Source of the DNA: an uncultured Anaerolineales bacterium | GTDB taxonomy: Bacteria > Chloroflexota > Anaerolineae > Anaerolineales > UBA11858 | DNA: 64,000 nucleotides | Assembly (NCBI GenBank): GCA_964419495.1 | Contig: CAYQQX010000008.1 | Span: 163 to 64,162, forward strand | Direction of reading: 5' to 3' | Part shown: positions 57,301-64,000 of the stretch, in pieces | How positions within the stretch are numbered: position 1 is the stretch's first letter | How the letters are laid out: every line of letters begins with the position of its first letter | Made by a program: the position numbers and the translations under genes | Notes under the pieces: generated by a model | Told to the model about the DNA's origin: nothing | The model's database searches: none | Seen by the model: only the letters and a program-made list of their open reading frames with translations

Positions 57301-57714
57301 AGTCGCAGCCCTGATGGATTTTTCTTAGAAAAACATCCAAAGCTGGGTCCAGTTGAAACCTCTACCGATGGGATATTTCTGGCCGGAGCCTGCCAAAGCC
57401 CTAAAGATATCCCCGATAGTGTTGCTCAAGCAGGAGCTACTGCGGCAGCAGCCTTATCTTTGATTGACCAGGGCAATGTTTTGCTAGACCCATCTGTTGC
57501 AAGGGTGACAGCCAGCATTTGTGCTGGTTGTGGGCAATGTGTTTCTGCCTGTCCATATGAAGCTGTCGCACTAAATGAAAATGTAGCGAGTGTGAATCCG
57601 TACCAGTGTAAAGGATGTGGCACCTGTGCGGCAACATGCCCAAACAAAGCTATGAGCTTAATTCATTATGAAGATGAACATCTGATTGCTGAGTTAGATG
57701 CTTTATTGAGGTAG
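54337..57714 (+). CDS. hdrL: selenocysteine-containing HdrL-type large HdrA homologue with an inserted GltD/NfnB-like NAD(P)H module (1125 aa, U at codon 198)
   Basis: Track ORFs 54337..54930 and 54946..57714 are in one frame, separated by TGA 54928-54930 (KTFPTLDCAA-U-ILTPKMVSVGRHKN). The insert has NPFPSVCGRVCNRKCEDEC, IAIIGAGPAGLTAALDL, VLGAGDVALDVART and VFVAGDA. The HdrA sequence resumes afterwards (ILHCVGSR, CSRACCMYSLK, C-terminal ferredoxins). Its start overlaps the hdrA stop (ATGA). Confidence 0.82.
54947..54965 (+). promoter_or_regulatory. SECIS-like hairpin for hdrL
   Basis: The sequence is the same as 52965-52983. Confidence 0.55.
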
Positions 57715-57724
57715 GAGCTGAATT

Positions 57725-58186
57725 GTGTTTGAACCAAAAATTATTGCATTTCTATGTACCTGGTGTAGCTATACGGGTGCTGATCTGGCAGGGACATCTC
57801 GCAAGGCTTCTCCCTGGAATATTCGCGCAATCCGGACACCATGTTCAGGACGCGTTCCCCCTGAACTGGTCATTCGGGCATTTGATGAAGGTGCAGATGG
57901 GGTGATTGTATTAGGATGCCATATTGGTGAATGTCATTATGATACTGGCAACCATCGTACTGCAAAAAGGATACCTGTGCTAAAGAATTTATTATCTTTC
58001 GTAGGCTTAGAACCAGAGCGCTTACGTTTGGACTGGGTTTCCGCTTCGGAAGGGGATCGTTTTTCCAGGATAGTTACCGAATTCACTGATACTATCCGTG
58101 AATTGGGGGCTAACAATTGGGGTGATGCCTACCGAGATGAATTTTATGCTGCTTTGGTTGGCGAGGTATTTGAGCAGGAGGTCTAA
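57725..58186 (+). CDS. flxD: MvhD/FlxD-type [2Fe-2S] protein (methyl-viologen-reducing hydrogenase delta subunit family)
   Basis: Motifs IIAFLCTWCSYTGADLAG, IRTPCSGRV, GADGVIVLGCHIGECHY. GTG start with AGGAG upstream. Confidence 0.85.
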   Translation: MFEPKIIAFLCTWCSYTGADLAGTSRKASPWNIRAIRTPCSGRVPPELVIRAFDEGADGVIVLGCHIGECHYDTGNHRTAKRIPVLKNLLSFVGLEPERLRLDWVSASEGDRFSRIVTEFTDTIRELGANNWGDAYRDEFYAALVGEVFEQEV

Positions 58187-58190
58187 TTAT

Positions 58191-59039
58191 ATGAGCATAG
58201 ATTTGCTTCAAGAACACGCAAACAACATCATCTCTTCCGGACAGGTTGACTGCATAATTGGATATGAAGTAGGTCCACGTCAATGGACGAGGCCAGCGTT
58301 CATTTATGAGCCTGATGAAGTGAGGAAATTGGTGTGGAATCAAAATTGTACACATAATCTTACCACCTACTTGCCTTCAAAATTATCTGAAGAAAAAGAG
58401 CGGGTTGCTGTCGTATTAAAGCCGTGTGACGCAAAATCGGTTAATATGCTTTTGGCCGAAAATAAGATCGTTCGCCAACAAGTTCATATCATTGGGATGG
58501 TATGTAATGGGATGTTAGATGATGACGGGGGAAAACAGAGTCGCTGCATAGCGTGCAGTCAGCAAAAACCGAATGTCTATGATTTTCTAATTGGTGATTT
58601 AGATACAGAGGCAATTGATTCTACGAGCTTGAATGGAAACAAGTTTTTGGCGGAGATCGAAGAGTTGCTTCCTCCAGAGCGGGCTGAATTTTGGATAGAA
58701 CAATTCGATCGCTGTATCCGATGTTATGCCTGCCGCCAGGTATGCCCTTTATGTAATTGCCCCACTTGTCTGTATGAACGTGATGATTCTTTGTGGGTTG
58801 GAATGAAAACTGGAATAAAAGAAAAAAGGGCCTTTCATCTTGGACGAGCGATGCACCTGGCTGGTCGTTGTGTGGGGTGCAATGAGTGTGAGAGAGTTTG
58901 TCCAATGGAAATACCCATCAGCTTATTAAACCAAACCCTGGCAAAAGAGCTCCAGGCTCAATTCGATTATATTGCTGGAAATGAAGTGTTGCTCTCTCCA
59001 ATTATTGGGCCCACCCTTGAAAAGGAACAAAAAGCATGA
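58191..59039 (+). CDS. Fe-S protein, FlxC-like (2x CxxCxxCxxxCP-type clusters)
   Basis: Start MSIDLLQEH (58191) with GGAGG upstream. Clusters CIRCYACRQVCPLCNC and CVGCNECERVCP. It sits after the MvhD-like gene, as in flxDCBA. Confidence 0.7.
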   Translation: MSIDLLQEHANNIISSGQVDCIIGYEVGPRQWTRPAFIYEPDEVRKLVWNQNCTHNLTTYLPSKLSEEKERVAVVLKPCDAKSVNMLLAENKIVRQQVHIIGMVCNGMLDDDGGKQSRCIACSQQKPNVYDFLIGDLDTEAIDSTSLNGNKFLAEIEELLPPERAEFWIEQFDRCIRCYACRQVCPLCNCPTCLYERDDSLWVGMKTGIKEKRAFHLGRAMHLAGRCVGCNECERVCPMEIPISLLNQTLAKELQAQFDYIAGNEVLLSPIIGPTLEKEQKA

Positions 59040-60037
59040 AATTCATATCAAGTCATGAGTTAATCGCTTTGTTGCAGAATATATTGAATGAGCAGATTTT
59101 ATATGCCCCTGTGTTGGTTGGGGGAGTGGAGCTATATCAAGAGATAGAGCATGTGGAGGATATTTTCTGGAACTTCACACGTCCGGGTAAATCTGTGAAA
59201 GAGGTGGTTTTTCCACAGACCGAAACATTGATGGTTATAAAAGAGAGCGACAAAAATTTAACGGTTCATGAAAATATTTCAAACGAGAAAACCGTTATTT
59301 TTGGGGTGCGACCTTGTGATGCTCGTGGGATGCAAGCACTAGATTCAATGTTCTTCCATACAGATCCTATTGATAGTTACTACGCTGCGCGAAGGAATAA
59401 TTCAGTATTGATTGGGCTGTCTTGTTCTGAAATGTTGGATACATGTTTTTGCACAAGCATGGGAGGCATGCCTGATGATCCGAGTTGTATGGATATTATG
59501 CTGACAGTGGTTGATGATGGCTATCTGGTCGAGGTTATGAGTGATGCCGGGGCAAATTTGCTAGATGGTATAGAGTTGAGCGATAAGGCTATAGACAAAC
59601 CAAAACCGCCCATTCAAAGCGTGGTTGAAGTTCCAGAAGTTGAAAACATTCAAAACATTTTTGCTTCAAAATTATGGATGCAGGAAGGCGAGCGGTGTTT
59701 AAGTTGTCGAATATGTGCCTATGTTTGTCCTACCTGTCGTTGTTTTGATATTCAGGATGAGAACCTTTCTTCCGCGAATGGCAAAAACCAGAGCATCAGG
59801 TTGCGGTGTTGGGATAGCTGTAGTAGCCATGCATATAGACAGATTGCTGGAGGACATAATCCCAGAGAGATTAAGGCCGACCGACTTCGCAACCGAATTT
59901 TGTGTAAGTTGAAATATTATGCAGAGCAATACGGCCCGCAAGCATGTACCGGGTGTGGGCGATGTATCTCTGCTTGCCCGGTTAATATTGATATCACAGA
60001 GATAATGGGGGCTTTAATGGAAGTGGAGGCAATATGA
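59036..60037 (+). CDS. Fe-S protein, FlxB/AsrA/sulfhydrogenase-beta-like
   Basis: Motifs GVRPCDARG, CFCTSMG, CLSCRICAYVCPTCRCFD, CTGCGRCISACP. Confidence 0.75.
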   Translation: MKFISSHELIALLQNILNEQILYAPVLVGGVELYQEIEHVEDIFWNFTRPGKSVKEVVFPQTETLMVIKESDKNLTVHENISNEKTVIFGVRPCDARGMQALDSMFFHTDPIDSYYAARRNNSVLIGLSCSEMLDTCFCTSMGGMPDDPSCMDIMLTVVDDGYLVEVMSDAGANLLDGIELSDKAIDKPKPPIQSVVEVPEVENIQNIFASKLWMQEGERCLSCRICAYVCPTCRCFDIQDENLSSANGKNQSIRLRCWDSCSSHAYRQIAGGHNPREIKADRLRNRILCKLKYYAEQYGPQACTGCGRCISACPVNIDITEIMGALMEVEAI

Positions 60038-60879
60038 TCCAGAGACCAGGGAATGACTCATTGCAACCATTGATAGGGAAATTAGTTCAAGTTCAAGACC
60101 TTGCACCGGAAATTAAAATGTTTGGTGTTGAATTGGAAAATGGTGCTGGTCAACATTTTAAGAATTACGAGCCCGGACAGTTTGCATTCATCTCTGCCTT
60201 TGGGACCGGTGAGGCTCCTTTTGGAATCGCATCGACTTCTGATCGAGGAAATATCCTTGAATTTGCTGTTCAACGTTTAGGATCAGTTACAACTGCCTTG
60301 CATGAAATGTCTGAAGGTGACCACGTTGGTATCCGAGGGCCCTTAGGAAATGCTTTCCCGATGACAATGTTTGAAGGTAAAGACCTTCTGGTAATTGGTG
60401 GCGGTATTGGGGCTGCTCCATTACGCCCAGTGATCCATTCGGTGCTGGATAATCAAGAAAAATATGGAGAATTGAATATTCTGATGGCTGCCAGAGACCC
60501 TTCTCTGCATGTCTTTCATGATGAATATGAATCATGGCAGGAGAGCAATAACACCAATTTGCATCTCATAGTGGATCAGGCTGATGATAACTGGGAACAT
60601 GATGAAGGCTTGATTACAGAATTGATCCAAAAGGTTGCTCCATCTGCTAAAGACACTGTGGCAATTGTTTGTGGTCCACCAATCATGATTTACTACGTTA
60701 GCAAGTTGCTGAATGAGATTGGATTTATTGGAGGGCAGCAGTATGTTACTCTGGAAGCAAGGATGCATTGTGGGATAGGCAAATGTGGCAGATGTAACAT
60801 AGACAAAACATTGATTTGCGTCGACGGTCCTGTTTTTTCTATGGATCAAGTGGATGCTTTTTCAGAGAGTTATTTATAA
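60034..60879 (+). CDS. FAD/NAD(P)-binding subunit with a C-terminal 2Fe-2S, FlxA/AsrB/PyrK-like
   Basis: Ferredoxin-reductase fold (GQFAFISAFG, LLVIGGGIGAAPLRP) and the terminal cluster MHCGIGKCGRCN. Confidence 0.8.
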   Translation: MIQRPGNDSLQPLIGKLVQVQDLAPEIKMFGVELENGAGQHFKNYEPGQFAFISAFGTGEAPFGIASTSDRGNILEFAVQRLGSVTTALHEMSEGDHVGIRGPLGNAFPMTMFEGKDLLVIGGGIGAAPLRPVIHSVLDNQEKYGELNILMAARDPSLHVFHDEYESWQESNNTNLHLIVDQADDNWEHDEGLITELIQKVAPSAKDTVAIVCGPPIMIYYVSKLLNEIGFIGGQQYVTLEARMHCGIGKCGRCNIDKTLICVDGPVFSMDQVDAFSESYL

Positions 60880-60904
60880 CACGAAAAATATGAGGAAATT
60901 TTCT

Positions 60905-61366
60905 ATGGTCTATAAACCCTGGACTCAATACCAAGCCGCAAAAAGGATTAAAGAGGCTTCTATTTATAATCGCCCCTGGTTGGTTTTAGAAAAGTTGGGG
61001 CTTACTGAAATACCGCAAGAAGTGTTTGAGTTGACTCACTTGGAAGAATTAATTGTCATTGATAATCTTTTGTCTTCAGTGCCTTCCGAAGTAGTTGAGT
61101 TACCTAATCTTTCTCGGCTAATTTTTTTCTATAATGAAATCACCGAGTTGCCCCCTGAAATTGGCAGCTTAACAAATTTGACTCATCTAGACATTAGCTG
61201 CAACCAGCTCGAGAGGTTGCCTTTAGAAATAAAAGATCTAAGAAAATTAAAATACCTTGATCTTCGTTACAATTCACTACCAATTCCTGAGGAAATACTG
61301 GAAAAAGTAGATGAACCACAATTGATCATTAGCGCATATTTTGAACTAATTGAACTCGTTGTATAA
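60905..61366 (+). CDS. leucine-rich repeat protein (153 aa)
   Basis: LxxLxLxxNxL repeats (LTHLEELIVIDNLLSSVPSEV, LPNLSRLIFFYNEITELPPEI, LTNLTHLDISCNQLERLPLEI, LRKLKYLDLRYNSL). The ATG at 60905 has GAGGA 7 nt upstream. Confidence 0.65.
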   Translation: MVYKPWTQYQAAKRIKEASIYNRPWLVLEKLGLTEIPQEVFELTHLEELIVIDNLLSSVPSEVVELPNLSRLIFFYNEITELPPEIGSLTNLTHLDISCNQLERLPLEIKDLRKLKYLDLRYNSLPIPEEILEKVDEPQLIISAYFELIELVV

Positions 61367-61373
61367 GAGAAGA

Positions 61374-61823
61374 TTAAGTTCTTATGCTCATCAATTGAAT
61401 ATTGCGATTGATCAGTCTTCCACCGATGATTTCAGTCAGGTTCTGCAGAAGCACATACCCCTGATCTTTGTTTTCATCCATTAAGGCCAACATCTTTTTC
61501 CCATTAAAACCAATCACCTTTGAGGGTCCTTCTGATATGGCCCCCATGGTATAGATATGGGGTTTTACCAAAGCAGACCAACCGATGATCTCCCCCCGCA
61601 TGTATGGGTTCATCCGATCAATGATATGATCACGATACATGATCGTCAATGCGATTTTTCCTTCAGTGATCAGATAGATATCATTGGCTGATTCTTCTTG
61701 CTTAAATAACCATTCATCAGTTGCTAGTTCCTTAGTTTCTCCAAGCATCTGAATTTTTTTAATAAAGACATCATCAAGGGTGGCAAAAAAGGCATACCGT
61801 TTGAGAGAGTAGTGTGAAGTCAT
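61374..61823 (-). CDS. stand-alone cyclic-nucleotide-binding-like domain protein (149 aa, no DNA-binding domain)
   Basis: cNMP-fold pattern (LFKQEESANDIYLITEGKIAL ... GEIIGWSALV). AGGAGG RBS before MTSHYS. Confidence 0.7.
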   Translation of the reverse strand: MTSHYSLKRYAFFATLDDVFIKKIQMLGETKELATDEWLFKQEESANDIYLITEGKIALTIMYRDHIIDRMNPYMRGEIIGWSALVKPHIYTMGAISEGPSKVIGFNGKKMLALMDENKDQGYVLLQNLTEIIGGRLINRNIQLMSIRT

Positions 61824-61989
61824 TTTACCTCCTATGCGAATGGTGCTACACTGAATTGAAAAGAAAAAGAAAGCGCACATTAACTATACAGGAATTGCGA
61901 TTGAATTTCAAGCGGAATATTTCAAAATCAGCTTAAATCAGCATCCAGTTTGACTGAATTTACAAAAACGATTTCGCAGTTGCAAAAAT

Positions 61990-62275
61990 GGCTGAGTTGA
62001 TAAATAGTCTATAACAGCAACGAATGCCTCAAACTCAGCCCGGAGAATGCGGAGCAGTTTGGCATTGAAGATAGCAAATGGGTTGAAGTCTACTCTCGCC
62101 GCGGTAAGATCAAAGTGGGCGCCCAGGATACATATAGCTGTCCTTCGGGGGTCTGCTCGATGACCTTCCACTACCACGAAAGCCCTACCAACGAGATCAC
62201 CAAACCGGCACTAGATCCCGTAGCCAAGATCCCGAAACTAAAGTCACTGGGGTAAGAGTGGACAAGATGGAATAA
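61990..62275 (+). pseudogene. 3'-terminal remnant of a formate dehydrogenase alpha-subunit gene (about the last 90 codons, frameshifted)
   Basis: It aligns by eye to 51655-51916: LKLSPENAEQFGIEDSKWVEVYSRRGKIKV.AQ....CPSGVCSMTFHYHESPTNEITKPALDPVAKIP against LKLSPADAEQFGIEDGEWVEVYSRRGKIKVRAQVTDVCPSGVCSMTFHFHESPTNEITNPALDPVAKIPE. There is a 1-nt deletion at gatccc-gaaact, no upstream ORF and no start codon. Confidence 0.8.
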
Positions 62276-62428
62276 TACTTATAGAAAATCATTAGATACC
62301 CTGATAAGGAGTATAGTGATTTTTGTTGAAACTTTAGCTCCATATTATGTTTTAATTCGGTATAATCAAATTGTTATTGACAGCAGATACCAATGAGAAT
62401 TTATGATTTTTTAAAAAAGAGGTAGATC

Positions 62429-62881
62429 ATGGATTACAAGAAAATTATTCGCGAAACCCATTTGTTTGAATTCCTTTCTGATGAATTAGTAGGTCGCATG
62501 GCTAAATTTGCCAAAGAGAGGGAATTTTCCAAAGGGGATTTGATTTTCGATGAAGCGCAAGAGGCGGAATATTTGTATATTCTCTTAGATGGGAAAATCA
62601 GCATGGGCGTCAGCCTGACATCCAAGCCCACCACTGTCACAGTTTCGGTTGTGAATGCACCCAGCACTGTCTTTGGTTGGTCTTCGATTGTGACCCCATA
62701 CCGTTTCACGGCCTTTGCTCAATGTGATGTAGATTCCAAAGTGCTGACAATTCCAGGCGAAAAGATTTTAGATATACTGCAGCAAGATCCCCCAACTGCC
62801 TACACTGTGATGAAGAGACTCACTGAATTAATCAGCAGCCGTTTGCGCGACAGTCGCACCGTTATGCTGCGCACTTTGTAA
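62429..62881 (+). CDS. stand-alone cyclic-nucleotide-binding-like domain protein (150 aa)
   Basis: LFEFLSDELVGRMAKFAKEREFSKGDLIFDEAQEAEYLYILLDGKI ... TVFGWSSIV. It is a paralogue of 61374..61823. Confidence 0.75.
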   Translation: MDYKKIIRETHLFEFLSDELVGRMAKFAKEREFSKGDLIFDEAQEAEYLYILLDGKISMGVSLTSKPTTVTVSVVNAPSTVFGWSSIVTPYRFTAFAQCDVDSKVLTIPGEKILDILQQDPPTAYTVMKRLTELISSRLRDSRTVMLRTL

Positions 62882-62939
62882 AGAATTATTTGTACGATTT
62901 GTGCCCTCGACTAGTGAGGGTGGTTGGTATATTGAGATG

Positions 62940-62976
62940 AGAGCCTAATAGTGTTCAACTATTGGGCTCTTTTTTG
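62940..62976 (+). terminator. rho-independent terminator
   Basis: AGAGCCTAATAGT-gttca-ACTATTGGGCTCT, a 13-bp stem with one G-U pair, followed by TTTTTT. Confidence 0.8.
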
Positions 62977-63079
62977 TACATAGATGATCTGAGATCCTTC
63001 GCCCCGCCTGGCTTTGCACGCCTTCGTAGAATGTCTCTACTTAAACATCGTATTTCACCCCGGTCATTTCTTCAGAAAC

Positions 63080-63904
63080 TTACCATAATCGTTTGCCCAA
63101 TTTCTTATTACGTGTCGGATGTCCGGGATTGATCTTGTGCGGATACCCACGCTGACCCAAAAACCCATTCGGCCCAATATACTCATCCCCTTCAATACCC
63201 TCCGCAGTGGCGGCATACAGGGTTGGTAGCGCGCCCATCTCCGCGGATTGCCCAATCAAAGGATTGAGAAAATTGAAGAAGCTGGCGTGACGCTGTAATT
63301 CCGTGGACGTCCAGCCGGGATGCGCACCTAAGCTGATCGTTTTGGCTCCACTTTTTGAGAGCCTGCGCTGCAGTTCGTAAGCGAAGAGCAAGTTGGCCAG
63401 TTTGCTCTGACAGTAGGCCAGCCAACGGTATTAGAAACGCTCGTCGTTCAGATTGTTGAAACGCATCCAGCCGTAGCGGTGGGCGTAACTGCTAATGGTC
63501 ACCACTCGCGACCCTTCATTATCTTTCATGAGATCTAATAACAAACTGTTCAGGGCGAAGTAACCCAAATGGTTGACCCCAAACTGCATCTCGAAGCCAT
63601 CGACGGTCTTCTGGTAGGGGACGGCCATCACCCCGGTGTTGTTGACCAGGATGTCCAGCTTGTCGTAATTCGAGCAGAAATTGCCCACGAATTGGCGTAC
63701 TGAAGACAGATCCGCCAAATTGAGCGCCATCAATTTGAGATTCGCCTGGGGAGTTTCAGTCTGGATCTTCTGCAGGGCAGCTTCTCCCTTTTCCAGGCTG
63801 CGGCGGGCCAGGATCACCGTGGCGTTTTTGACAGCCAGCGCCCGGGCAGCCTCGTAGCCGATGCCGCTGTTTGCGCCGGTGATGATGACGGTTTTGCCCT
63901 GCAT
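63080..63904 (-). pseudogene. short-chain dehydrogenase/reductase with an in-frame TAA just upstream of the catalytic YxxxK
   Basis: Track ORFs 63431..63904 and 63080..63391 are in one frame. Reading across gives ...NNLNDERF-TAA-YRWLAYCQSKLANLLFAYELQRRL. The N-terminus TGANSGIG and the NNTG motif are present. Confidence 0.7.
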
Positions 63905-64000
63905 GTCAGGGATGTTAGCGGTGGTTCATTTGTTGGATGGCATTTGTTGTTCCATTGATAATTATTTTGAAGGGTATTGAGAAGCAGGCTAAAGATATTC

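Noticed and set aside
61938-62177. A 79-aa minus-strand ORF between the two cNMP-domain genes.
   Set aside because: It is the antisense shadow of the plus-strand fdhA 3' remnant, which has clear nucleotide and peptide similarity to 51655-51916.
1-64000. CRISPR arrays, tRNA/rRNA genes, IS transposases, integrases and phage structural genes.
   Set aside because: I scanned intergenic regions and the ORF list. I saw no direct-repeat/spacer arrays, no cloverleaf-like segments with GTTCGAATC-type T-arms, and no DDE or tyrosine-recombinase motifs. The repeats present are short hairpins and heptamer arrays only.

Overview
This 64-kb window looks like it comes from an anaerobic, selenocysteine-using bacterium. 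Gene content and repeat types suggest a Chloroflexota/Anaerolineae-like organism, but I could not verify that. I found no rRNA, tRNA, CRISPR array, transposase or integrase.

Layout, left to right:
(1) 1-893: an edge-truncated comM/yifB gene.
(2) 0.9-7.7 kb: an accessory block with AT-rich borders. It holds a small phage-like ORF and a 1703-aa mosaic protein. That protein has a signal peptide, a C39-like cysteine peptidase domain, a TM helix, about 500 aa of Arg-rich low complexity, Ala/Gln/Glu repeats, a PT-TG-like motif and an AT-rich C-terminal module. Two small AT-rich ORFs follow (candidate immunity or orphan genes).
(3) 7.7-14.0 kb: a Tad/Cpa-type pilus or secretion cluster (cpaB, tadZ/cpaE, cpaF/tadA, tadB, tadC, tadE-like, tadG-like). 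No Flp pilin or prepilin peptidase is recognisable in the window. Its intergenic gaps are unusually long and contain C-run/G-run hairpin repeats.
(4) 14-22.5 kb: small membrane proteins and housekeeping or accessory enzymes.
(5) 22.7-39.7 kb: a minus-strand block. It holds a kinase, ADP-forming acetyl-CoA synthetase, a RelE/HTH toxin-antitoxin pair, CoA-transferase A/B, a lipoprotein, a GH36 alpha-galactosidase, a Glu dehydrogenase-CBS fusion and panB, plus a plus-strand TetR/DUF116-like pair.
(6) 40.2-60.9 kb: a C1/redox region. It contains folD, a long-form fhs, nuoEF-fdhD and a truncated Fe-S subunit gene. A second module then contains nuoE-like, nuoF-like and fdhA genes, two HdrA-family genes and flxDCBA-like genes.
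(7) 60.9-64 kb: an LRR protein, two cNMP-domain-only proteins flanking a fdhA 3' remnant, and an SDR gene with an in-frame stop.

Main points:
- Three genes that the ORF track splits are better read as single selenoprotein genes: fdhA, hdrA and an HdrL-type giant HdrA. Each has an in-frame UGA at the known Sec/Cys position and a hairpin downstream.
- Together with the NuoE/F-like and Flx-like genes, and with no hdrB/hdrC, they form a candidate formate-linked flavin-based electron-bifurcating module.
- Degenerate heptanucleotide tandem arrays flank both four-helix-bundle (23S IVS-type) genes. They also occur as 'empty' arrays at two other gene junctions.
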